A stretch of 64,000 bases of DNA. It comes from an uncultured Gemmatimonadaceae bacterium (GTDB lineage: Bacteria > Gemmatimonadota > Gemmatimonadetes > Gemmatimonadales > Gemmatimonadaceae). The first letter of the stretch is position 1. Every line of letters begins with the position of its first letter. A program made the position numbers and the translations under genes. Positions 22,408 through 32,514 of this stretch are shown here, piece by piece. The stretch covers positions 1 to 64,000 of the forward strand of contig CAWHHI010000004.1 in assembly GCA_963829055.1 (NCBI GenBank), read 5' to 3'. Below the pieces are notes generated by a model. That model was given only the letters and a program-made list of their open reading frames with translations, searched no databases and had not been told where the DNA came from.

Positions 22408-23510
22408 TCGTTCGTGCTCGCCTGACGCGACTCGTCGTACCGTGTGTGGTTGCCGCGCTGGCCGCACTCGGGTGCAAGGGCGGCGGCGAGGAGGCAGCCG
22501 AGTCGGAGGCGAAGCCGGTCGTTGCCGTGCGCATGGCGACGGTGACGGAGCAGCCATTCACAGAGACGATCAGCTCGATCGGGGCGGTGACCGGACGCCC
22601 GGGCCACGTCGCATCGTTAGGTGCGCCGACGGCGACGCGTGTCTCCAACGTGTACGTGAGCGAAGGCACACGCGTCTCTCGCGGCCAGCCGCTCGTCGAG
22701 CTCGATCGCTCGGCCATCGAGTCGGCGGCGCAGGCGGCGGACGCAACGCTGACGGCGGCGCAGCAGGCGTACGATCGAGCCGAGCGGCTCAATCGCGAAG
22801 GCGTTGCTCCGAGAAAAGATGTGGAGCAGGCTGCCGCGGATGTCGCGAAGGCTCGGGCAGATGCCATCGCTGCACGGCGCGCTGCGCAGCTCGCGACACT
22901 CACGTCTCCGATCAACGGTGTCGTGACGCGCCTGACCGCAGTGCTCGGCGCCTCTGTGGACGTCAATCAACCCCTGGTAGAAGTCGCCGATCCGTCCGCG
23001 CTCGACATCGTGTTCACCGTGACGCCCGGGGAGGCGGCGCGCGTGAAGCCCGGTGCTCCGGTCACGCTCTCGGCCGGCCAGAAGTCCGGCGGTGAGCCGA
23101 TCGGCAGCGGAACCGTCTTCCAGGTCGCGGCGTCCGTCGACACGGCAACGCGCGGTGTGTCCGTCAGGGTTCGCGCGCCCGGCACGAAACGCCCGTTGCG
23201 AATCGGTGAGACCGTGTTCGGCCAGATCGTCGTCGGCGACCATCCGAAAGCCATCGCCGTTCCACTCGACGCGCTCGTGCCTGAAGGCGAGGGGTTCAAG
23301 GTGTTCGTCGTGGACGCGTCGAGCGTCGCGCACGCACAGGAGGTGAAGGTCGGTGCGCGCACCGACTCGACCGCCGAGATTCTGGAAGGGCTCAAGGGCG
23401 GCGAGCGGGTCGTGACGTACGGCGCGTATGGCGTGGACGACAGCGTGAAGGTGACGACCGCTCCACCTGTGACGGCCAAACCATCGGGCGACACGGCGAC
23501 GCGGCCATGA
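22404..23510 (+). CDS. RND efflux membrane fusion protein (lipoprotein)
   Basis: Lipobox ALGC; VYVSEGTRVSRGQPLVELD, LTSPINGVV, VDTATR. Confidence 0.9.
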   Translation: MIVRARLTRLVVPCVVAALAALGCKGGGEEAAESEAKPVVAVRMATVTEQPFTETISSIGAVTGRPGHVASLGAPTATRVSNVYVSEGTRVSRGQPLVELDRSAIESAAQAADATLTAAQQAYDRAERLNREGVAPRKDVEQAAADVAKARADAIAARRAAQLATLTSPINGVVTRLTAVLGASVDVNQPLVEVADPSALDIVFTVTPGEAARVKPGAPVTLSAGQKSGGEPIGSGTVFQVAASVDTATRGVSVRVRAPGTKRPLRIGETVFGQIVVGDHPKAIAVPLDALVPEGEGFKVFVVDASSVAHAQEVKVGARTDSTAEILEGLKGGERVVTYGAYGVDDSVKVTTAPPVTAKPSGDTATRP

Positions 23511-26500
23511 GCACTGACGTAGTCGACGTGCCGCGTGAGGCGGCGCTCGAAACGCCGCGACGCGCGAAGCGTGCGCTGTTCACGTTGCTTGGCGAACAGC
23601 GGCGGTTCGTCTACATGGCGGTGGCATTGCTCAGCGTGGCAGGGGTGTGGGCAGCGTTGCGGCTTCCGTCCGCTATCTATCCGGAGCTCGAGTTCTCGCG
23701 GGTGACTGTGGTAGTGGAAGGCACCTCGCTAGGAGCGCGGCAGGTGCTGTTCACCATAACGCGGCCCGTCGAGGAGGCCGTGAGCATCGTGCCCGGTGTC
23801 ACGCGCGTCCAGTCGCGGTCGATTCGCGGAGGTAGCGAGACGAACATCACGTTCGCGCCGAGAACCGACATGGTCGTCGCGCTGCAGCAGGTGCAGGCGC
23901 GCGTCAATCAGGTGACCAACGACCTTCCAGCGGGCCTCGAGATTCAGGTGGAGCGTCAGACGCCGTCGCTCTTCCCGATCATCTCGTACAATCTCGAAGG
24001 CGGTGACCCGGCGACGCTCTACGACATAGCGCGCTACCAGATCAAACCGCTCATCTCGCGCGTTCCCGGTGTTGGCCGAGTGGATGTGCAGGGCAGTGAC
24101 GTCCGCGAGATCGAGGTGATCGCCGATCCGTCACGCCTCGCGAGTCAGGGGCTGACGTTCGAGGACGTCGCGAACGCCATCAAGCAGGCGACGACGGTGT
24201 CCGCCGTCGGCCGCATGCCCGAGAACTACAAGCAGTATCTGATCGTGTCCGCGGGCGAGGCACACTCGATCGACGACGTCGCGAACGTCGTCGTGGGGCG
24301 AGGCGTGCGCGTGCGCGACATCGCGACGGTCTCGTCAGGCACGGAAGACCATGTGCGCATCATCGCCGGCGATGGACGACCCGCGGCGCTCCTCAACATC
24401 ACCCGGCAACCGGGCGGCAATACCGTCGCGATCGCGGACAGCGTCGCCGCCATCGCCGCGTCGCTGCGAACGACGCTGCCGCCCGGCGCGCGCCTCAAGC
24501 CCGTGTACGATCAGGCGGCGCTCGTGCGCGACGCGGTCACGTCCGTGCGCGACGCGATGCTCATCGGTGCCGTGCTCGCGGTGATCGTGCTGCTCGTGTT
24601 CCTGCGGCACGCGCGCATCACGGCGATCAGCGCGTCGTCGATCCCGCTGACGATGACGATCACGGTGTTCGTCATGTCGCTCCTCGGACAGACGTTCAAC
24701 CTGATGACGCTCGGCGCGATGGCGATCGCGATCGGCATCGTGATCGACGACGCCGTCGTGATCACGGAGAACATCGTGCGCCACCTGCACCTGACGCCCG
24801 ATCGTGAGGTGGCGATTCGCGAGGCGGTGCAGGAGATCATCTGGCCGGTGACGACGTCCACGATCACGACGGTGGTGGTCTTCCTGCCGTTAGGCCTGCT
24901 CACGGGCGTCGAGGGACAGTTCTTCCATGCGCTGTCGATCACGCTGACGATCTCGGTGCTCGTGTCGCTGGTCGCTCGCGCTGTCGATCATTCCGCTCCT
25001 GAGCGAGCAGTTCCTGACGGCGGACGGACGCGGACGCTGTCATTCCGAGCGACGAGCGATGAGCCGCCGAGGAGCGCAGCGACGAGAGGAATCGGCCCGG
25101 CAGAACGCGATCCTAGCGCGTATCGGACGCGCCATCGACCGCTTCTCCGATCGCTACGAGCGAGCACTCGCGTCCGTGCTGCACCACGCGCGCCCGATGA
25201 CCGTCGTTGCGCTGTTGCTCGTCGGCGCCGGCGTGCTCGCGTATCGGTTCGTCGACAGCGGCTTCCTGCCCGAGATGGACGAGGGCGCGTTCGTGCTCGA
25301 CTATTTCACGCCCGGCGGCACCGCCCTCGCCGAGACCGATCGGCAACTTCACATCGTCGAGAAGATTCTGGCGTCCACGCCGGAGATCGTCGGGACATCG
25401 CGGCGCACGGGCGCCGAGCTCGGCCTGTTCGCAACCGCGCAGAACACCGGCGACATCGTTGCGCGGCTCGCGGAGCGAAACCGGCGCGAGCGCACGAACT
25501 TCGAGGTCATCGACGACGTGCGCGTGAAGATCGAGCAGGCGGTCCCGCGCATGCGCATCGAGTTCGTGCAGATCCTGTCCGACGTCATCAACGATCTCGC
25601 CGGTGCGGCGAGCCCGGTGGAGATCCGGCTCTTCGGCCAGGACCTCGCGCAACTCGAGGCGTACGGCACGTCACTCGGCGAGAAGCTCGAGCCTGTCGAG
25701 GGACTCGAGGATCTGTTCAACGGCGTCAGCGAGCCGAGCGCGGAGCTCGCGATGTCGGTCGCGGGCGCGGAGGCGAACCGCGTTGGCCTGACGCCGGAGC
25801 AGGTGAGCTCGGCCGTCAGTGGCGCGTTGTTAGGCGTCGACGCTGGTGAGGTGCGCCTGGACGATCGTTCGGTCGCGGTCCGCGTACGTGCGCCGGATTC
25901 GGTGCGGTTCAATCCGCGCCTGCTCGCGTCTCTGCCGGTCTATGCACCGCAGACCGGATCGCCCGTTCCGCTCGCGTCGCTGGCGACGTTCACGCCCGGC
26001 GAAGCGAGAGGGGAGCTGCTGCGCGAGAATCAGCAGCAGCTGATCGTGATGACGGCGGATCTGAGCGGCCGCGCGTTGAGCGCCGTCATGGGTGACGTGC
26101 GCAAGGTGCTCGCCGACAACCCACCGCCCGCGGGGGTGCGAGTGGAGCTCGGCGGCCAGTATGCGAGCCAGCGTCAGGCGTTTCGTGCGTTGTTGCTCGT
26201 GCTGGCTCTCGCGGCGGCGAGCGTGATCGGCGTGATGGTGTTGCAGTTCCAGTCGTTCGTGGAGCCACTCGTGATCCTGCTCGCGGCGCCGCTCTCGTTC
26301 GTCGGCGCGCTCGTGCTGTTGCTGCTGACGGGCACGGCGCTCAACGTCTCGTCGTTCATGGGGCTGATCCTGCTCGTAGGGCTGATCGTGAAGAACGGGA
26401 TCATCCTGCTGGACTTCACGCGGCATCGCATGCGAACGGACGGACTTCGCCTGGAAGATGCGATTCGTGAAGCGGCGCGGATTCGTCTGCGGCCGATTCT

Positions 26501-26708
26501 CATGACGACGCTGTGCACGCTGTTCGGGCTCCTGCCGCTCGCGTTAGGTCTCGGCGCGGGCAGTGAGCTGCAGCGGCCGCTCGCGCTGGCGGTGATCGGT
26601 GGGCTGGCGCTCTCCACGCCGATCACGCTGTTCGTCGTGCCGACGCTCATCGTGGCGATTCGTGGCCGGGACTTCAGGTTGATTGGCAGCCGCGGGGTCG
26701 CGTCGTGA
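23507..26708 (+). CDS. RND (AcrB/CusA-family) efflux permease, one frameshift near 24972
   Basis: IGIVIDDAVVITENI, FLPEMDEG, GLIVKNGIIL, RLRPILMT, QRPLALAVIGG. Confidence 0.95.
25038..25094 (+). repeat. Family A half-element inserted in frame in the RND gene
   Basis: tgtcattccgagcg...gaggaatcg translates as CHSERRAMSRRGAQRREES, in frame with FLTAD upstream and ARQNAILARIG downstream. Confidence 0.75.
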
Positions 26709-26944
26709 CGGAGCGGAGGCTGACCACGCCCATGCGCGTGATCACCGGCCTGTTCGGTACCGCGGTGCTGTGTCTGGGCCTTTTCGTCATGGCGACCGAG
26801 CTGCAGGCGGCGAACAATGGATCACCCGTCGTGCCGGCGGTGCTCGCGGCGGTCGTGTGTGCCTTCGTCGCGTTAGGCGGTGCGTCGCTCCTGAGGAGCG
26901 CGGTGCGCGGCCGCATTGCTCTGCGACCGACCCGGCGCCGATGA
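26705..26944 (+). CDS. Small two-TM membrane protein at the end of the efflux operon
   Basis: GTGA overlap with the RND stop; two hydrophobic segments. Confidence 0.65.
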   Translation: MTERRLTTPMRVITGLFGTAVLCLGLFVMATELQAANNGSPVVPAVLAAVVCAFVALGGASLLRSAVRGRIALRPTRRR

Positions 26945-26961
26945 AATGACACACATCGAAA

Positions 26962-27040
26962 GCGTGACAGGATGGCCATCCTGTCACGCAGTTCCGCCCC
27001 CACCACCTTGCCGTGATGCTATAGCCAGATCTGGCTATAG
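26962..27040. repeat. Two loopless perfect palindromes (28 bp and 22 bp)
   Basis: GCGTGACAGGATGG|CCATCCTGTCACGC (26962-26989); CTATAGCCAGA|TCTGGCTATAG (27019-27040). Confidence 0.9.
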
Positions 27041-27082
27041 GTGCGAAATAGAGGCATCACCGTCACACCCCATGAATTCCGC

Positions 27083-27193
27083 ATGAATCCCGCGCAAGTC
27101 GCCAGCACCGCGATCGTCACCGGCACCAGTGCGGGAATCGGCGCGGCTGACTCGCTTCGTCGCCTAACGCCACCCTCGCGGCAGCGCCATTGA
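27083..27193 (+). pseudogene. Remnant of a short-chain dehydrogenase (first Rossmann strand only)
   Basis: MNPAQVASTAIVTGTSAGIGAA fits TGxxxGIG; similarity lost after ~27150. Confidence 0.6.
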
Positions 27194-27589
27194 GACGAGC
27201 GTACGTCCGCTGAGCGACCAGAGCATGCTGACCAGATGCTGCGCGGGTTCGAACTCGGAGCTGACTGCGTCGTACGGGTCGGGCGTGCCGTCGGTGTTGC
27301 GCACGGTGCCGAGGGGAACGGCGACCACACGGAGGTTCGTCGCACCGGACAATTTCGCGAACCCCGGAATTCGCAGGCGCGCTCGCTTCCTCGGCTCGAC
27401 GTGACCGACGACGCGTCGACTCGCCCCATCATCGATGTAGACAGCGACCGGATCAATGGTCACGTTCTCGAACACCAGCGTCGGCGCGGCGGAGGACGAT
27501 GCGTCGTACTGCTCCGTTGCCGACGTGCACGCCACGCTGAAGAGCATGCCGAGCGACATCAACAGCTTTGGAAAATGAATCTGTTTCAT
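27164..27589 (-). CDS. Hypothetical lipoprotein
   Basis: MKQIHFPKLLMSLGMLFSVAC lipobox-like N-terminus. Confidence 0.6.
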   Translation of the reverse strand: MKQIHFPKLLMSLGMLFSVACTSATEQYDASSSAAPTLVFENVTIDPVAVYIDDGASRRVVGHVEPRKRARLRIPGFAKLSGATNLRVVAVPLGTVRNTDGTPDPYDAVSSEFEPAQHLVSMLWSLSGRTLVSMALPRGWR

Positions 27590-27650
27590 AGCGGGATCCA
27601 TCGAATCAGCATGTGTGTCATGATTCGTCGACACCATCGACCGGCGTGAC

Positions 27651-28703
27651 ATGACGCTAGACGTGACGCTTTCAGATCTGCTCGGCACCGAGCTTCCCAT
27701 CATCCAGGCGCCGATGGCTGGCGCACAGGCGAGCGCGCTTGCCATCGCCGTGTCCAACGCCGGCGCACTCGGCTCGCTGCCGTGCGCGATGCTCGACCTC
27801 GATGCCATGCGTGCCGAGCTCGCCGCGATCAGGTCGGGTACGACGCACGCGTACAACGTCAACTTCTTCTGTCACACGCCACCCGTGCCTAACGCCGAGC
27901 GTGAGGCGGCGTGGCGCGTGATGCTCACGCCCTATTACCGAGAATTCGGCATTGATCCGGACAACATTCCGCCTGGTCCATCGCGACTGCCGTTCACAGC
28001 GGACGCGGCCGACATCCTCGAGGAATTCAAGCCGGCGATCGTCAGCTTCCACTTCGGGCTTCCGGCGCCCGACCTGCTCGCGCGCATCAAAGGCTGGGGT
28101 TCGAAGGTCATTGCGTCGGCCACGACGGTCGACGAGGCGCGGTGGCTCGAAGCGCGCGGGGTGGACGCCGTGATCGCTCAGGGCATCGAGGCCGGAGGCC
28201 ATCGCGGCAACTTTCTGTCGGCGGACCTCACGATGCAGCTCGGGACGTTCGCGCTCGTCCCGCAGATCGCGCGGGCCGTTCGGGTGCCCGTCATCGCCGC
28301 CGGCGGTATTGCGGACGCTCGCTGCGTGGCGGCGGCCCTTCGCCTTGGCGCCTCGGCCGTCCAGGTTGGGACCGCCTATCTACTGTGCCCCGAGGCGACG
28401 ACGAGCGCCGTGCACCGCGCCGCACTCAGGAGCCCGGCCGCAGTTCACACCGACCTGACCAACCTGTTCTCGGGCCGTCCAGCTCGCGGCATCGTCAACC
28501 GGTTGATGCGCGACCTCGGATCGCTCTCCGCCGCGGCCCCCGAGTTCCCGCTCGCTACTCCCGCGGTCGCGCCGCTCCGCGCTGCCGCTGAAGCACTCGG
28601 CCGCGGCGACTTCTCGCCGCTCTGGTCGGGACAGAATGCCACGGGCTGCAAGGAGATCTCCGCGGTCGCGCTGACGCACGAGCTCGGCGCTGGCTTCCCA
28701 TGA
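27651..28703 (+). CDS. Nitronate monooxygenase family flavoprotein
   Basis: PIIQAPMAG, VSFHFGLP, QGIEAGGHRG, PVIAAGGIAD, TNLFSGRPARG. Confidence 0.95.
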   Translation: MTLDVTLSDLLGTELPIIQAPMAGAQASALAIAVSNAGALGSLPCAMLDLDAMRAELAAIRSGTTHAYNVNFFCHTPPVPNAEREAAWRVMLTPYYREFGIDPDNIPPGPSRLPFTADAADILEEFKPAIVSFHFGLPAPDLLARIKGWGSKVIASATTVDEARWLEARGVDAVIAQGIEAGGHRGNFLSADLTMQLGTFALVPQIARAVRVPVIAAGGIADARCVAAALRLGASAVQVGTAYLLCPEATTSAVHRAALRSPAAVHTDLTNLFSGRPARGIVNRLMRDLGSLSAAAPEFPLATPAVAPLRAAAEALGRGDFSPLWSGQNATGCKEISAVALTHELGAGFP

Positions 28704-28806
28704 ACGGCATGCGCGCTCGACATCACCCTCTGAGCGCATCGCCAGCAGATTGGGCGGCCAGAGCGTATGTCGTCAGTATCGTGCTCTACAACTCGACGGA
28801 GTCCGA

Positions 28807-29490
28807 ATGAAGACGCCCCTCCTGCGTCCGGTCGCGGCTGGTCTGCCAGCGATCGGCGCAACACTCGTTGTCAGCTTCCTGCTCTCGGCCTGTGGCGGCG
28901 CGACGCGCTCGACGGCCCAGGGCGGGCTCGGTCCCACGACGATCTCGCCGACCGGTCGCTCTCCCGCTGAGATCGCGGCGGCCGACAGCGGACGTCCGCC
29001 CTACACGAAGGCGGACGTCGACTTCGTGTCCGGGATGATCGGCCATCACGCTCAGGCCGTCCTCATGGCCGGCTGGGCGCAGTCGCACGGCGCCAGTCCG
29101 TCCGTTCAGGCGCTGTGCGAGCGGATTGTCGTCGCGCAGCGCGATGAGATCAGGTTCATGCAGCGCTGGCTCCGCGACCGGAAGGAGCAGGTGCCCGACG
29201 GCGACACCTCGCACATGATGATGGCCGGCATGGACATGAAGCTGATGCCGGGCATGCTCACGCCGGAGCAGTTGACGGCGCTCGACAAGGCGCGCGGCGC
29301 CGACTTCGATCGGCTCTTCCTCAACGACATGATCAAGCATCACAACGGCGCGATCGAGATGGTCGAGACCCTGTTCGCCTCGCAGGGAGCGGTGCAGGAC
29401 GAGGACATCTTCAAGTTCGCGTCCGACGTGCACGTCGATCAGATCACCGAAGTGAATCGCATGACGCAGATGCTGGAATCGATGCGCTAG
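28807..29490 (+). CDS. DUF305 ferritin-like lipoprotein
   Basis: LLSAC lipobox; MIGHHAQAV, AQRDEI, MPGM, MIKHHNGAIEM. Confidence 0.9.
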   Translation: MKTPLLRPVAAGLPAIGATLVVSFLLSACGGATRSTAQGGLGPTTISPTGRSPAEIAAADSGRPPYTKADVDFVSGMIGHHAQAVLMAGWAQSHGASPSVQALCERIVVAQRDEIRFMQRWLRDRKEQVPDGDTSHMMMAGMDMKLMPGMLTPEQLTALDKARGADFDRLFLNDMIKHHNGAIEMVETLFASQGAVQDEDIFKFASDVHVDQITEVNRMTQMLESMR

Positions 29491-29561
29491 CGAGCCCCGT
29501 TCAGCGACACGCGACAGCCCTGTACTCCGCCTCCCGAATCCCGTCCCTCGCATCCCACTCA

Positions 29562-31446
29562 ATGAGACTCACACCAGTTCTCTCCGTCGTCGCCGCGGCG
29601 CTCACCGCCGCCGCGTGCGCATCATCCGGGTCGTCCATGTCGTCGTCGTCCTCGGCAGCCGCGGCGCCCGGACCGAACGTGATCGTCGGCACCACAAAGC
29701 CGAACCCCGATCCGCGCGTCGGCCTCAAGGCCGGGTGGTTCGATGCCGGCACCGCCGGATGGAACCTCAAGCTCGTGTCGAACACGAAGCCGTCGAAGGC
29801 GTTCATCAACCCGTCGACGCCTGGCGACCGTCGCCTCGTCAACTCGGACCTCGCGTTCTACGGCAACTACGTCATGCAGGGGAACTACAGCGGCTACCAG
29901 CTGTGGGACATTTCGAACCCCATGAACGTGACGCTCAAGCAGGCGTACGTCTGCCCCGGGTCGCAGAGCGACGTCTCTGTCTACAAGAGCGGCAACGTCA
30001 ACCTCGCGTTCGTCTCCGGCGAGGCGACCACCGGCCGTCTCGACTGCGGTCTGCAGGGCGTCCCGGACTCGGTGAGTCAGGACCGTCTTCGCGGCATCCG
30101 CGTCTTCGACATCACGGATCTGTCGAAGCCGAAGTACATCGCGAACGTGCAGACCTGCCGTGGGTCGCACACGCACACCCTGGTGACGTCGCCTAACGAC
30201 AAGGACAACGTCTACGTCTACATTTCCGGCTCCGCCCCCGTCCGCTCGCCGCGAGAGCTGCCGGGATGCTCGGCTGCCGCGCCCGACCAGGACCCCAACT
30301 CGGCGCTGTTCCGCATCGAGGTCATTCAGGTGCCGCTGGCGGATCCGTCCAAGGCGCACATCGTGAGCTCGCCGCGCATCTTCCAGGATCTCGCCGCTCC
30401 GCCACGCCACGCCGAGCCATTCGACAGTGCGGCGAATGCGCGTCGCGACAGCATCGCGGCGGCGCGTCGCGCGGCGGGGCAACCCGAGCAGCCGAGGCCT
30501 AACGCGAACCGCAACATTGGCCCCACGCAATGCCATGACATCACCGTCTTTCCGGCGATCGGTCTCGCCGGTGGCGCGTGCGGCGGCTACGGACTCCTGC
30601 TCGACATTCTCGAATCCCGCGCAGCCCGTTCGCATCGGCGCCGTCGCCGACTCGAACTTCTCCTTCTGGCACTCGGCCACGTTCAACAACGACGGCACGA
30701 AGGTCCTGTTCTCCGACGAGTGGGGCGGCGGCTCGCAGCCGCGCTGCCGCGTGACGGACAAGATGGAGTGGGGCGCCGATGCGATCTTCACGCTCGACGC
30801 CAACAAGAAGATGGAGTTCAAGAGCTACTACAAGATGCCCGCCGCGCAGACCTCGTTCGAGAACTGTGTGGCGCACAACGGTTCGCTGATCCCGATTCCT
30901 GGCCGCGACGTGATGGTGCAGGCCTGGTATCAGGGCGGCCTCTCGGTCTTCGACTGGACGGACGCCGCAAACCCGAAGGAGATCGCGTACTTCGATCGTG
31001 GTCCCATGGACTCGACGAAGTTCGTGGATGCGGGCTCGTGGTCCGCGTACTGGTACAACGGACGCATCTACAGCTCGGAGATCGCTCGCGGTCTCGACAT
31101 CTACGAGCTCGTGCCGGGTGGGCTGATCTCGCAGAACGAGCTCGATGCGGCGAAGACCGTGCACTTCGACTACCTGAACACGCAGAACCAGCCGAAGCTC
31201 GTCTGGCCGCCGTCGTTCGCGCTGGTGCGGGCGTACCTCGATCAGCTCGAGCGGAACAACGGCCTCGCGGCGGACAAGATCGCCGCGACCCGTACGGCCG
31301 TTGCGGCGGCGGAGAAGCTGTCCGGTCAGGCGCAGAAGGACGCAATGGCCAAGCTCGCGACGCAGCTGCATACGGACGCCCGCTCGGCCACCGATCAGCC
31401 GAAGGCGCACAAGCTGGCGTTCGCGGTGGGCGATCTGGGGAAGTGA
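29562..31446 (+). CDS. LVIVD-repeat-type beta-propeller lipoprotein, frameshift near 30615
   Basis: NSDLAF, CPGSQSDVS, CRGSHTHT, QCHDIT, FWHSATF, DEWGGG, CVAHNG, WSAYWYNG. Confidence 0.85.
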
Positions 31447-31490
31447 TGGCCTGATCGACGATCGGATCGTCGGTGCGTACGTGCAATGCA

Positions 31491-31524
31491 AGACGGCCGC
31501 GAGAGGAGATTCTCGCGGCCGTCT
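31491..31524 (+). terminator. Hairpin after the LVIVD-type gene, followed by 3x CTCAACCCTG
   Basis: AGACGGCCGCGAGA-ggagat-TCTCGCGGCCGTCT. Confidence 0.6.
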
Positions 31525-31575
31525 CGTTCTCAACCCTGCTCAACCCTGCTCAACCCTGTGCTCAGAACTCTCGCC

Positions 31576-32301
31576 ATGCTTGCGGACACATTGAGGCAGA
31601 TCGCGGGACAGAAGCTCGTCGACACGGATGGCGAAGAGACTATCCTCGAGCTGCTTCCGCCGGCGACGCACGCTGAGGTCGCGGCGCTCGAGGCGAGCTT
31701 GCCAGCGCCGCTCCCGGATGAAATACGCGCGGCGCTCGCGGTGACCACGGGTCTCGCGAACGGCCCGCTCGAATCATTCTCGCTGTTGGACCTCGAAGGC
31801 TTTGGCCTCGACGAGGTTTTTCCGCACGCGTATTCGATCGCCCATGACGGGTTCGGCAACTACTGGGTTCTCGACCTTCTGCCTGACGCGACGGACTGGG
31901 GCCCCGTCTTTTTCGCGTGTCACGATCCAGCGGTCATCGCGTTCCAGGCGCCGTCGGTTGAGTCGTTTCTGCGTGATCTGGTGGCGGCACCGCCCGATGC
32001 TCCAGGCAGTCCGATCAATCGCGTGCACGACACAGTGGTGCATCAGCTGTGGAAGGATCACTCTGGCCTCATCACGCAGCCGGTCGCTGCATCGTCGTCG
32101 GATCCTGCGATCCGCGAGTTCGCGTCGTCGTTGGTGCCCGAGGCGCTGATTGCCGATCTGCGCAATGCAGAAATCGGCAGCGGATTCGCGTGGGGCCAGT
32201 ACGGCCCGCGTACGGACATCAAACGCTTCGGCACGCAGCGACTCTGGGCCATCACTGCACCGCCGAAATCGACTGGCTTCTTCGCACGCCTGTTCGGCTA
32301 G
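31576..32301 (+). CDS. SMI1/KNR4-family protein
   Basis: PPATHAEVAALEASLPAPLPDEIRAAL, IAHDGFGNYWVLD, VFFACHDP. Confidence 0.8.
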   Translation: MLADTLRQIAGQKLVDTDGEETILELLPPATHAEVAALEASLPAPLPDEIRAALAVTTGLANGPLESFSLLDLEGFGLDEVFPHAYSIAHDGFGNYWVLDLLPDATDWGPVFFACHDPAVIAFQAPSVESFLRDLVAAPPDAPGSPINRVHDTVVHQLWKDHSGLITQPVAASSSDPAIREFASSLVPEALIADLRNAEIGSGFAWGQYGPRTDIKRFGTQRLWAITAPPKSTGFFARLFG

Positions 32302-32303
32302 GC

Positions 32304-32452
32304 TGTCATTCCGAGCGAGCGACAGCGAGTCGAGGAACGGTTGTCATTCCGAGCGCAGTCGAGGAATCGCGATCATACGGGCAGAGGGGCCCCTCTATCG
32401 GGACGATCGCGATTCCTCGACTGCGCGCCTCCGGCGCTCCGCTCGGAATGAC
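32304..32452. repeat. Palindromic element family A, copy 3, left end duplicated
   Basis: tgtcattccgagcg twice, gtcgaggaatcgcgatc...gatcgcgattcctcgac, cgctcggaatgac. Confidence 0.9.
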
Positions 32453-32514
32453 TACGGTTCATGCTGCCTACAGGATCGTTCTCGTACACTGAACGGCTGA
32501 TCACCCCAGTCCCC

